This document shows positions 1-9,482 of a stretch of 64,000 nucleotides of DNA, piece by piece. The notes below the pieces were generated by a model, which searched no databases, was not told the DNA's origin, and worked only from the letters and a program-made list of their open reading frames with translations. How positions within the stretch are numbered: the stretch's first letter is position 1; every line of letters begins with the position of its first letter. Origin of the DNA: Nitrospinales bacterium (GTDB lineage Bacteria > Nitrospinota > Nitrospinia > Nitrospinales > VA-1); assembly GCA_965223795.1 (NCBI GenBank), contig CBDCXL010000002.1, positions 2,080,001-2,144,000 on the forward strand, read 5' to 3'. Made by a program: the position numbers and the translations under genes.

Positions 1-430
1 CGGAAGGCTGCGTTTTCCGGGCGGGGTAGGCGTTTTGCGCGCGGTCCATGAGATGCACCATGGAGCGGGCGCAGCCTAAAAGATCGGCCATCGACAGGCT
101 CTCTCCCGGTTCGTGCATGCGCGATTCCGGATCGTACGCACCCAGACAGACGGGCTGCACGTCTCCCAGCGCATCGAGCAGCTTCGCCACGAACGGAATC
201 GAACCGCCGCAGCCGTACAGGCACGCTTCGCGCGCGTAGCCCGCTTTGAGGGAAGCCATCACTTCCTCAAACACCGGGTGGGTGATGGCGGTCATCCAGG
301 GCGACCCGCCCTTGTCGGAGCGCAAGGTCAGTTCGAATCCCTCCGGCGCGCGTTCCTCAAGATATGCCCTGAGGTGCTTCGCCGCTTCCTCCTCGCGGTT
401 GCCGGGGGCGAGCCGGATCTCGACGATCAT
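1..430 (-). CDS. C-terminal part of the same M20 peptidase in a shifted frame; runs off the window edge
   Basis: Manual translation gives MIVEIRLAPG...CGGSIPFV...RMHEPGESLS, the typical M20 C-terminal GGSIP and HxPxE motifs. No stop before position 1. Confidence 0.8.
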   Translation of the reverse strand, partial: MIVEIRLAPGNREEEAAKHLRAYLEERAPEGFELTLRSDKGGSPWMTAITHPVFEEVMASLKAGYAREACLYGCGGSIPFVAKLLDALGDVQPVCLGAYDPESRMHEPGESLSMADLLGCARSMVHLMDRAQNAYPARKTQPS

Positions 431-1866
431 TTTAGCCTCGGGATTTCGTAGGGCCGCGCCGTGCCGTCGTTGGACGTGAACAGCGGCTCGGTTCTAAGAA
501 ACGGAGCTTCGCCATCCTTGAAGAAACCGGCGACGGGGTCCGCGAGTCTGCCGTCGGCGTCTACCAGCCGGTCGATCCAGCTTGCGAGCTGCAATTCCGC
601 CACCGGGAACGGGCCGCCGTTGATGCCCGAGTGCGGGTCCTTGCGCGATGCCCACAGGATGCAGTCGATAGCGGTGCCGTCCGCACCGGATGCGGCGATT
701 TCAAGACGCATCCGGAGGGCAAAGCGGTTCCAGCTTTCGAATGCCTCGGTGAGAGCCTGTTTGAGAGCCGAAGGATCGGCGCAGGCCGGAAAATGCAGGC
801 GCGCGCCGGCGGCGCCGAAAATCACGCTGCCGGAAACGCGGTTGCCGGGACGCAGGTTGACGAAGGATTTTCGAAGCTGTGCCAGAAGCACGGCCTCGAC
901 GGTTTCGGGCACGGTGCAGCGCACGCCGGAAAGCAGGCCGGCGGTGTCCTTGAGCTGGCCGACGCTGGTGGGGACGCGGGCGTAGCCCTCGGTCTCGGCG
1001 GCGGTCTCCGGGATGTCGGTGTTGCGGATCGCTTCCACCGCCAGCGTGTGGTCGTCGCGGATGAGGGTCGCGAGCAGTTTGTACAGCGCGGTTTGCGCGT
1101 CGATGCGGGCGGGCGCGCCGGGCTTCGCGGTCAGGGACGCCTCGATCTGAATGATGCCGCGCAGCGAGGTCGTGAGGCCGGGCACGCCGGTGGCGGGATT
1201 GATCACGTCGGTGATCACCACGCAGTTGGTGTCCGCAAAGAATTCGCGGTTCTCGCGGATCTGCTGGATGAGCGAGTGCGAGCCGCATTCCTCTTCGGTT
1301 TCGTAGATGACCTTGATGTTGCAGGGCAGGGCGTCGTTGCGTTCGGACGAAATGGAGTTGGGATCCAGATCCAGCGCGCGCAGCAGGGCCTCGACGGCGA
1401 TGCCGATGGACACCACGCCGCTCAGATCGTCCGCCGCGCCGCGGCCGAACGCGCGGCTGCGGTCCTCGTTCCAGGTGAGCCGGGTGGGCGGGACGCCGCC
1501 CCACTGCGAGAACGCGGCGTCGTCCATGTAGGGTTGTTTGTCCAGGTGGGCGTAAAACAATATTGTGGGCTTTTCCGGAGACGCCGGGATGCTGGCCATG
1601 AGGATCGGCGTCGAGCCGGGCGGATCGGCGGGGGCCGTGTTGATGCGAATGTAAGTGAAACCGATGCCTTTCAGGTATCTCTCGGCGCAATGCAGGATTT
1701 CCTGCATGTCGCTGGGCGTGGTGCGGTCGCCCTCGAATTCGTTGACGTTGAAACTGCGGCTGTCGATCCGCACCATTTCCGTGAGGGCGTCCAGATGACG
1801 CCGGACGAGGTCGGTGTCGGGTTGAATCCGGGCGCAGGCCTGGTTCACCCATTCGTTTGCCTTCAT
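427..1866 (-). CDS. M20/M25/M40 family metallopeptidase, N-terminal part (frame interrupted)
   Basis: Motifs FYAHLDKQP, GRGAADD, ETEEECGS and SLRG. Start taken at MKANEW. The frame stops at 427 before the C-terminal metal-binding His motif. Confidence 0.85.
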   Translation of the reverse strand: MKANEWVNQACARIQPDTDLVRRHLDALTEMVRIDSRSFNVNEFEGDRTTPSDMQEILHCAERYLKGIGFTYIRINTAPADPPGSTPILMASIPASPEKPTILFYAHLDKQPYMDDAAFSQWGGVPPTRLTWNEDRSRAFGRGAADDLSGVVSIGIAVEALLRALDLDPNSISSERNDALPCNIKVIYETEEECGSHSLIQQIRENREFFADTNCVVITDVINPATGVPGLTTSLRGIIQIEASLTAKPGAPARIDAQTALYKLLATLIRDDHTLAVEAIRNTDIPETAAETEGYARVPTSVGQLKDTAGLLSGVRCTVPETVEAVLLAQLRKSFVNLRPGNRVSGSVIFGAAGARLHFPACADPSALKQALTEAFESWNRFALRMRLEIAASGADGTAIDCILWASRKDPHSGINGGPFPVAELQLASWIDRLVDADGRLADPVAGFFKDGEAPFLRTEPLFTSNDGTARPYEIPRLK

Positions 1867-2017
1867 GACGTGCGCTTTCCTTTGCTGGGATTTGGCGATA
1901 CAGGAGCGGTGCCCCGTTTCTTTACTTGTGGCGGTTCGCGGTCTATTATAGGCGGAACCGGCCAGGATGGAAGCCTGCATTGCGGCGGGGGCGCACATTT
2001 CAAGCTTGGACAAACCC

Positions 2018-2296
2018 ATGATCAAACGGCTCATCAATCTATACAAACTGTGGCAGATCCTGAAGGAACGGGGAAACTGGCGGCTCATCCGTCATTCCAA
2101 AGAGCAGCTCACCGATTTTATTTTTTGCCGCAAGGGTCTCAACAAACGGTCCCTGCTGAGCGGGCTGGTGCACTGGTTTCGCATGCTCAAGGGGCTCGAC
2201 GTGCTGGTCTGGCGGCTGGAAACCTTCGGCTTTCTTTACCAGAAAGGATTGCCCGAGGAAGACAGGCAGCGCCTGAACCGCTGTCTTCCGCAATGA
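2018..2296 (+). CDS. Small basic hypothetical protein (92 aa)
   Basis: ORF MIKRLINLYKLW... fills the gap divergent from the peptidase and has a plausible protein composition. Confidence 0.6.
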   Translation: MIKRLINLYKLWQILKERGNWRLIRHSKEQLTDFIFCRKGLNKRSLLSGLVHWFRMLKGLDVLVWRLETFGFLYQKGLPEEDRQRLNRCLPQ

Positions 2297-2327
2297 TCCT
2301 TCTTCCCCTCGATTCCCCTATCCCGAC

Positions 2328-3803
2328 TTGATTTCCGCACTCAAAGACAAAACCTTCCAGCTGGTGTTTCTGCTCGTCTGTACGGCGCTGCTGTTTCTGG
2401 GGCGCCAGCTCGATGTGGGTCTGCCCAACTTCGACGACGCCTACTATGCGCAGAAGGCCAAGGAAATGGCGGCCTCTGGAAACCTGTGGATCGTGACGCA
2501 CAACGGCGAACCGGATTTCGCCAACCCGCCGTTTCCGTTCTGGATGACGGCGCTCGCGTTCAAGCTGTTTGGCGTGTCGGGCTACGCTGCGGTGTTTTTC
2601 CCGGCGCTGTTCGGCCTGGCGACGGTGCTTTTGACCTACGCCTTGTGTCTCAACCTTTACAAGGACACATGGACGGCGTTTTTCGCGGCGTTCGTGCTGA
2701 TCTTTCCGGGCATGTTCGCCGATGCGGCGCGGCGGGCGATGGTGGACGTCACGCTGGCGTTCTGCGTGACAGCGGCGATGTATTTTTTCGTGAAGGCCGA
2801 GCGGGACAAGTGGTTTTATCTGCTTTACGGTCTGATGACGGCGCTCGCCATTCTGACCAAAAGCGTGCTCGGCCTGTTTCCGCTGATGGTGGGCGGCGCG
2901 GTCCTGATCCTGGGCCGGCGTTTCAAGGAAATCGGGCATCCCTGTTTTCTCATGGGGACGGCATTGGCTCTGGGGCTGGGTTTCAGCTGGCATGCGGTGA
3001 ACGGGGCGGTGCACGGCGCGGCGTTTTACGACATGCATTTTGGCGTGCTCATTTTCAACCGCGGATTTGAAAGCGCTGCGCCGCCGTTTTATTTTCTCGG
3101 TTACGCGCAGGATTTTCTCAAGAACTACTGGCCGTGGCTGCCGCTGGCGCTGATCGGTTTGTGGCAATGCGGCAGGCGCGCGATCGGCGGCAGGGACTTT
3201 CCCAGTCTGGTTCTGCTGGTCTGGATCGTGCTCGTTTACCTGGTGATGAGCACCAGCACCAACCAGACGCTGCGCTATCTGTTCATGATCTTTCCGCCGC
3301 TGGCGATCGTGATCGCAAGGACGCTTGCGGACTGGCTTTCCGAGAGCCTGCGTGAAAAACTGCTGCCCTGGATGGCGGGCGTGGTGGTGCTGACGGTCGT
3401 GTTCGTCAACGCCACGCCGTTTCAGGTCAAGGTCACGCTGTCTCCCAACAGCGTCGATGTGCGGCAGCTTGCGGCGGTGATCCATTTGAACACGCCGCCC
3501 GAACAGCGGATCGGCAATTTTAGGCTGTCGGCGCACAACCCGCGGCAGGCGATGCTGTTTTATGCGGACCGGTTTCTGGGCGAGCCGGTCACGCAATCGG
3601 ACGTAATGCTGGCGCGGCTTGAGCAGGCATCCCCCGCCACCTGGCTGACTTCGGTCGAGGCGTTCCGGCAGCTCGAACAGGAACACCCCGGACAGCTTTA
3701 TCTGATCCAGGCGACCCGGAAATACGCGTACTTCACGTCGATGGCGCGCCGGGACAGGGTGCGCTACGACTTTTCGGGCATGGCGCGGCCGCGCGTGCGG
3801 TGA
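2328..3803 (+). CDS. ArnT/PMT-like (GT-C) membrane glycosyltransferase
   Basis: DDAYYAQKAKEM, NPPFPFW and ILTKS motifs; many hydrophobic segments. TTG start is uncertain. Confidence 0.85.
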   Translation: MISALKDKTFQLVFLLVCTALLFLGRQLDVGLPNFDDAYYAQKAKEMAASGNLWIVTHNGEPDFANPPFPFWMTALAFKLFGVSGYAAVFFPALFGLATVLLTYALCLNLYKDTWTAFFAAFVLIFPGMFADAARRAMVDVTLAFCVTAAMYFFVKAERDKWFYLLYGLMTALAILTKSVLGLFPLMVGGAVLILGRRFKEIGHPCFLMGTALALGLGFSWHAVNGAVHGAAFYDMHFGVLIFNRGFESAAPPFYFLGYAQDFLKNYWPWLPLALIGLWQCGRRAIGGRDFPSLVLLVWIVLVYLVMSTSTNQTLRYLFMIFPPLAIVIARTLADWLSESLREKLLPWMAGVVVLTVVFVNATPFQVKVTLSPNSVDVRQLAAVIHLNTPPEQRIGNFRLSAHNPRQAMLFYADRFLGEPVTQSDVMLARLEQASPATWLTSVEAFRQLEQEHPGQLYLIQATRKYAYFTSMARRDRVRYDFSGMARPRVR

Positions 3804-3806
3804 GGC

Positions 3807-5552
3807 TCAACGGTTGCGGAACAGATGCACGGTCTCGGTGAAGTCGGGCGATGTGAAATCGATCCTGGTTTCCCACATTTCCTTGATGTCCTGCCACTTC
3901 ACCCGGCGTTTTTTCCAGATGGAGTCACTGGATTGCAATTCAAGGGGAAGCCCGCTGAACTGGCCCTGCCAGTCGGCGTCGCGCATCACCACGTACACGG
4001 TTTCCTCGGTGTCGAGAAAGCGGTTCAGATCTTCGGGGGTGAAGATGTATTTTGCGGGATGCCCGGTCAGCACGCCGATCCTCGCCTGGTGGCTGCCCAT
4101 GCGGTAGACCCCGATGCGTTCGCTGCCCTGTGAGGTTTTTTGGATGGCACCGGCGAATTTTTTCATGGGATAGCGGTTGAGGTAGGGCAGCGCTTCGCCG
4201 TGGAGCAGGCCCAGGGCGATGATCTGCAGCGAAGCCAGGGTGAGGATGAGCGTTAGTTTTTTTCGGAACAGGTGCATCGCGAACACGACGACGGCGCCGG
4301 TGGCCAGAAACAAAGGCGTGAAGTGGACGTTGAAGGGCACCGGTTGAAAGGAATTGAACGCGAGGACCGCCGCTCCCAGGGCGATCGTCAATAGAAGGTA
4401 GAGAAAAAGCGTGAGGTAGAAGGGAATCTGAAACAGGGCGCTTTTGAACGCGCGCGGCGTGCGGGCGAGGTGGGCTAAAAAATGCGCCAGCAGCATCACG
4501 ATCGCCGGGGAAGCGGGCAGCAGGTAGCGGCTGTGCTCGATGCGGAACACGGTGAACATCAGCAGCGGCACCGCGACCCAGAGAACGCACAAAAGCCGGG
4601 CATCGGCGTCTTTGGCTTCTTCTGCTGGCGCTTCGGAATCGGAAGCCTGGGATTGCAGATTGCGGCGGAATCCGAACCGGTTGTGAACATAAAAACCGAG
4701 GGAAAAGATCAAAAACAGCGACCACGGCACGTAGTAGCGCAGCAGGACGCCGAAGTAATAGGCGCTGAACGGCACCTGATGAAAGATGCGGTCCTGGATC
4801 TCCGGGCCCATGATGTGGTTGACGAATTCGTCGCCGTGCATCACGGCCATCGCCGCGAACCACGGAACGTCCACGATGAGGATGATGAGGATGCCTGCTA
4901 CCGGGCGCATGCTGCTCAACATGCGGCCGTCGCGGCGGATCAACAGATACGCGAGCACCACGAGGCCGGGGATCAGGATCGCGGGCGGGCCTTTGATCAG
5001 AAACCCCACCGCCATGGAAAAATAGAACAGGTACAGGTTGAGGGCGCGCCGCGTTTCGTTCTGGTACGCCTTCACGAAAAAATAAAAGGCGCAGAGGATG
5101 GAAAAGCTCAACGCCATGTCGGTGGTGGCCCAGCGCGCGATCTGAAAATGCATGAAGCAGGCGGGAAGCAGAAACGCGCTGATCAGCGCCGCCTCGCGGG
5201 AAAACAGCCGGCGCGCCAGGTAGTAGGTGAGGGGGACGCACAGGGTGCCGAACAGGACCGGCCACAGCCGCGCCGCGGTCAGGCTGACGCCGAAGATTTT
5301 GTAAGAAAGGGCGACGAGCCAGTAGAACAGAATCGGCTTGGCGAAACGTTTTTCACCGTGGTACCTAGGCGTGATGTAATCGCCCGTTTGCACCATGTTT
5401 TTCGCGGTGAGCACGTAAAAATTTTCATCGGTGTGGTACGGCGGCACTTCCCCCAGGCCGTGCAGCAGGGAAAAAAACACACCCGCGGTCAGCAGGGCGA
5501 GCAGGAGGTGGTCCTTGAGGCGCTGAGTCAGGGAGCCCAGGCGGTTTTGCAT
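3807..5552 (-). CDS. ArnT/PMT-like (GT-C) membrane glycosyltransferase
   Basis: DENFY...AKNM, KPILFYW, LIKGP and RYLLP motifs; polytopic membrane protein. Confidence 0.88.
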   Translation of the reverse strand: MQNRLGSLTQRLKDHLLLALLTAGVFFSLLHGLGEVPPYHTDENFYVLTAKNMVQTGDYITPRYHGEKRFAKPILFYWLVALSYKIFGVSLTAARLWPVLFGTLCVPLTYYLARRLFSREAALISAFLLPACFMHFQIARWATTDMALSFSILCAFYFFVKAYQNETRRALNLYLFYFSMAVGFLIKGPPAILIPGLVVLAYLLIRRDGRMLSSMRPVAGILIILIVDVPWFAAMAVMHGDEFVNHIMGPEIQDRIFHQVPFSAYYFGVLLRYYVPWSLFLIFSLGFYVHNRFGFRRNLQSQASDSEAPAEEAKDADARLLCVLWVAVPLLMFTVFRIEHSRYLLPASPAIVMLLAHFLAHLARTPRAFKSALFQIPFYLTLFLYLLLTIALGAAVLAFNSFQPVPFNVHFTPLFLATGAVVVFAMHLFRKKLTLILTLASLQIIALGLLHGEALPYLNRYPMKKFAGAIQKTSQGSERIGVYRMGSHQARIGVLTGHPAKYIFTPEDLNRFLDTEETVYVVMRDADWQGQFSGLPLELQSSDSIWKKRRVKWQDIKEMWETRIDFTSPDFTETVHLFRNR

Positions 5553-5883
5553 GCGGTTTGCTTCGAAAAGAGGGAGAGCCGGGATATACAGGCGGATAAA
5601 AAATTCAGTGCATTATACACAATTTAAAAAGAGGACTTCTACAAATTCGATATTTCCCCAGCAGGCAACTCGCGCCCCCTTGTTTCAAAAGAGGCGCTCG
5701 TGGCCAAACGCAATTTTTCGGGGCGTCCAAAAGGTTCCGGATGCAAAATTTGCGGGGAGCCCCTATAATCCAGCGCAATCAAAAAAGTCAGGTGCGGTTT
5801 TGCGTGTCTATTTTTATGCAGCGTGTTTTCTTTTCCTGCGCCTGGACCCGGTCCCTTCGATGCAACCTCGATCCCCTTAATAC

Positions 5884-8289
5884 ATGATGGCGGCAGAAGC
5901 AACCATAAGAACCGGCGCAGTCTCCGAACACACGCCTGAGTTTCGTGCGCACGCGCTCATCCTCGCGGCGATGATTCTGTGGACGTTTGGATGCAATCTC
6001 ATCTGGACGATTCTCGACACCCGGCCGCCGTCCTGGGATCAGGGCGCGCACCTGCACATCGCGTTCAAATACGCCTCGGTGTTCGCCTCGGATTCGGACC
6101 GCATATGGCTGGATCTTCTGAGCGTCGAATCGTTTTACCCGCCCCTGTACCATCTGTTCCTGGTTCCTGTGTTCGCGCTGTTCGGGTTTTCCGCGGACAA
6201 CGCGGTGATCCTCAATTCCTTTTTTCTCGCGGTGACGCTGCTGTCGATCTACGGCATCGGCAAAAGGCTCTACGACCGTAACACCGGCCTGTTCGCGGCC
6301 TTTCTGTTCGCCTGCTACCCGTTTCCGGCGTACAGCTCCCGGCAGTGCCTGATCGGGATGATGCTGACCGGGATGGTGGCGCTGACGTATTATCTGTTTC
6401 TGCGTTCGAATCGTTTCGAGGACCGCAGGTTTTCGCTGCTGTTTGCGCTCAGCTACGCGGCGGGCCTGCTGGTGAAGTGGACGTTTTTTCTGTACCTGCT
6501 GCCGGCGGTGATTCTGGGGCTCTGGGGGCGGACGCAGTGCGGTTTCGCCGCGCATGCCAGGCTGTGGCTGTTCTATCTCGGCCTGGTCTTTGCGACGATG
6601 GTGCTGCCGTTTCTGCTTTTCATACTCGCTCAGGGAAAATGGATCGTGCTGGGGCTTGAGGGGGTTCTCGTCGCCGCGCTGGTGCGGCACTACCCGCGGG
6701 TCGGGCTCAGCCCCGCCAAGCTGATCCATGTGTTGACGCTGACCCTGGTTTCCCTGTGGGTCTGCTTTCCCTGGTACGCGCACAACCTGATGAAGATGGC
6801 CAAGGGCATGGCCAAGTTCGGCTTTCCCGACACCGTGCTCAAAGGCGCCATGGAATGGCCCCTGCCGATCTGGGGTTTTTATCTGGAGGCGGCCGGACGC
6901 CAGATGGGAATGCCTCTGTTGCTGCTGTTCGCGGTGGGGGCGATCGCGTTCGTGACGCGCAAAAAACATTTCAATATCATGCTGTTCGCCTGGATCGCGT
7001 TCACTTTCATCGCGTTCACCTTCATCAACAACAAGGGCGTGCGCTACACGATGCCGATGCTGCCTGCGGCGGCTCTGGTCTCCGCAGTTTTTTTATTTTC
7101 CATCGTGAACACGCGCGTCCGCCGGGCTGCGATCGGCACCGTGATCGCCACGGGTCTTTTTTCGTATGTGTACACGGGTTTCTTGCCCGGCAATGCGACC
7201 ATGCCGGTGCTGGGAGGGCCGCTGCTGGGATACAAGAATCCCCCCGTCGACGCAACCTGGCAGATCGATGCGATCCTCGACGATATCGTGCAGGCGGCGG
7301 CGCCGCGCGAAGGAGAGACGGTGACCGTGCGGACGCTCACCAACCATCCCTGGTTTCACCGCGGCGCGTTCCGCGATGCGGCCGAAATCCGCGGCCTGCC
7401 GGTGGTGCTCAAAAGCGTCAAGCGCAACCTCGGCGAGTTGACTGATTTTTTCATCACCAAGGACTCGAGCGAGACCGGGGAATCGGGAACCCGCCAGATC
7501 CATCCCAAGCGGGACCGGCTGCTTTCCGATCCGGCGCTGACGAACACGTTCTCCCTGTTCCGCACCTATCCTTTGCCCAACCGGTCGCAGGGACTGGTGC
7601 TGAAGCGCGACGTCGTTCCTGTGGACGGACTTCCCGGTGCGCTCGATCTTGAAGAAGTGGGACGGCGGTTCGTGGCCGCGCTTTCCGAGTATCCGATTTA
7701 CGGCGTGGAGGAGGCGGTCAACCCTTCGGTCGAGATCATCGCCACCGAACGGCCTGGGGACCGGGCACGGGGACGCTACCGGCGCATCACCTACCGCGCC
7801 GACGCGGCCGTGTCGAACAAGGTCCGCATCGAGAATCTCGAACTGGTCTTCGAGGACGTGCAGATCAACCTGTATGAGCTTTTTTTAAACGGCAAGCTGA
7901 TTTTGTTTGAAATCGGGAAACTGCGTCCCAAAGGAACGGTGCGCTTTGACTTTTTGGAAGCGCTGGCCGAAAAGGAAATGAAGGGGCGCGGCGGCGCGCG
8001 GCTGACCGGGGAGAAAGGCCGCCTGCATTTGCGCGCCTGGCACGAAGTCCCCTGGGGCAAGGCGGAAGGCCGGGTCTCGGTGCGTCTGGATTTTCAGCCG
8101 GGCAGGCACATCCGGCCGGTGGTCGAAACGGTGTTGCTGGGTCCTTTTGAACTCAAGGAGATCTTTTACCGCCGCATCGTCGATGAAACCATCGCGCTCA
8201 CGCCGACGCCGGGCTGGCCGCTGGTGACGGACGTCCGTTCCATCGACATCCATCCGCGCACGATCACCATCAACGCAGACGATTCCTGA
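5884..8289 (+). CDS. ArnT/PMT-like GT-C glycosyltransferase with a long soluble C-terminal extension
   Basis: WDQGAH, YPPLY, LVKWT and RYTMP motifs in the membrane half; the C-terminal ~350 aa are hydrophilic. Confidence 0.8.
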   Translation: MMAAEATIRTGAVSEHTPEFRAHALILAAMILWTFGCNLIWTILDTRPPSWDQGAHLHIAFKYASVFASDSDRIWLDLLSVESFYPPLYHLFLVPVFALFGFSADNAVILNSFFLAVTLLSIYGIGKRLYDRNTGLFAAFLFACYPFPAYSSRQCLIGMMLTGMVALTYYLFLRSNRFEDRRFSLLFALSYAAGLLVKWTFFLYLLPAVILGLWGRTQCGFAAHARLWLFYLGLVFATMVLPFLLFILAQGKWIVLGLEGVLVAALVRHYPRVGLSPAKLIHVLTLTLVSLWVCFPWYAHNLMKMAKGMAKFGFPDTVLKGAMEWPLPIWGFYLEAAGRQMGMPLLLLFAVGAIAFVTRKKHFNIMLFAWIAFTFIAFTFINNKGVRYTMPMLPAAALVSAVFLFSIVNTRVRRAAIGTVIATGLFSYVYTGFLPGNATMPVLGGPLLGYKNPPVDATWQIDAILDDIVQAAAPREGETVTVRTLTNHPWFHRGAFRDAAEIRGLPVVLKSVKRNLGELTDFFITKDSSETGESGTRQIHPKRDRLLSDPALTNTFSLFRTYPLPNRSQGLVLKRDVVPVDGLPGALDLEEVGRRFVAALSEYPIYGVEEAVNPSVEIIATERPGDRARGRYRRITYRADAAVSNKVRIENLELVFEDVQINLYELFLNGKLILFEIGKLRPKGTVRFDFLEALAEKEMKGRGGARLTGEKGRLHLRAWHEVPWGKAEGRVSVRLDFQPGRHIRPVVETVLLGPFELKEIFYRRIVDETIALTPTPGWPLVTDVRSIDIHPRTITINADDS

Positions 8290-8295
8290 CGGCTC

Positions 8296-9450
8296 GTGAA
8301 AATTTCCTTTCTGTGTTTCGATCTTTCAGACAACTCCCTCGGCCGGGCCGCGCTGCTGGCCCAGGCTCTTGCGGCGCACCACACGGTGGAGCTGGTGGGG
8401 CCTGCAAAGAAGGGCGAGATCTGGTATCCTCTGCGGGATCTGGATATCCCGGTGCGCACTTACGCTTGGAAGCGTTACCCGGCGTTCGTGCCGATCGTGC
8501 GGCGGATGGTCAAGGAACTGGACGCGGACCTGGTGTTCGCCTGCAAACTCCGTCCCACGAGTTTCGGGATCGGACTGCTCAGGAAATGGATTTACAAAAC
8601 GCCGCTGCTGGTGGACATCGACGACTGGGAGCTGGGGTTTTTCTACCACACGGACTTCTGGGGCAAGCTGGGCCGGTTTTTGAATCTGTCCAATCCCAAC
8701 GGCCTGCCCTACACCTGGCTCATGGAGCGGTGGGTGCGCTGCGCGGACGGGATCAGCGTGAGCAACCGCTATCTGCAAAACCGGTTTTCCGGAACGCTGC
8801 TGTACCATTGCCGGGACACGGCGGTCCTCGACCCCGCTCTTTACGATGCGGAGGCGTCCCGCCAGGCGCTGCACCTTGCGGGAAAAAAAGTGGTGATGTT
8901 TCTCGGCACGCCGCGGGCGCACAAGGGAGTGGACGATCTGGTGCGGGCGGTGGAAACGCTCGGCGATCCGATGACGCGGCTGGTGATCGTGGGAGCCGAT
9001 GAAACCGACAAGGCGCGGATCCTGGCGCGCGGCGGCGATGAGGAAACGGTGCGGTTCGTGCCGCGCATTCCCTTCGCGAAGCTGGGAGAATACCTCGCGG
9101 CGGCGGACGTGGTGGCGATTCCGCAGCGGCGCACCACCGATACGGTGGGTCAGATGCCCGCCAAGATCTTCGATGCGATGGCGATGGCCCGGCCCATCGT
9201 GTCGACGCGGGTTTCGGACATTCCGGAGGTGCTCGACGACTGCGGCCATCTGGTCGAACCGGGGGACATCGACGGATTGGCGGCGGCGATCCGGCGCGTG
9301 TTGTCCGATCCTGTCGAGGCGCAAGCGATGGGCGAGCGGGCGCGGCGCCGCTGCCGGGATCTTTACGACACGCGGCGGCTGACGACGCAGCTCAACGAGC
9401 TGGTGGCCTCTGCGGTTTCAAAGCAGCGCCCCGGCGAAAACAAAAGCTGA
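8296..9450 (+). CDS. Glycosyltransferase family 4
   Basis: HKGVDDL and PAKIFDAMAMARPIV GT-B motifs. Confidence 0.9.
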   Translation: MKISFLCFDLSDNSLGRAALLAQALAAHHTVELVGPAKKGEIWYPLRDLDIPVRTYAWKRYPAFVPIVRRMVKELDADLVFACKLRPTSFGIGLLRKWIYKTPLLVDIDDWELGFFYHTDFWGKLGRFLNLSNPNGLPYTWLMERWVRCADGISVSNRYLQNRFSGTLLYHCRDTAVLDPALYDAEASRQALHLAGKKVVMFLGTPRAHKGVDDLVRAVETLGDPMTRLVIVGADETDKARILARGGDEETVRFVPRIPFAKLGEYLAAADVVAIPQRRTTDTVGQMPAKIFDAMAMARPIVSTRVSDIPEVLDDCGHLVEPGDIDGLAAAIRRVLSDPVEAQAMGERARRRCRDLYDTRRLTTQLNELVASAVSKQRPGENKS

Positions 9451-9482
9451 TCGATCCAACGCGGCATCCCGGAGGAAGAATC

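Noticed and set aside
631..2331. 566-aa + strand ORF, and many similar long antisense or shifted ORFs (e.g. 21235-22323, 35898-37484, 53565-55235)
   Set aside because: These are shadows of real genes in high-GC DNA. They lack motifs and overlap well-supported genes.
2293..2331. 12-codon ORF MILLPLDSPIPT overlapping the upstream stop, suggesting a frameshifted ArnT start
   Set aside because: The ArnT-like ORF already has a complete first hydrophobic helix from the TTG at 2328, so nothing appears to be missing.
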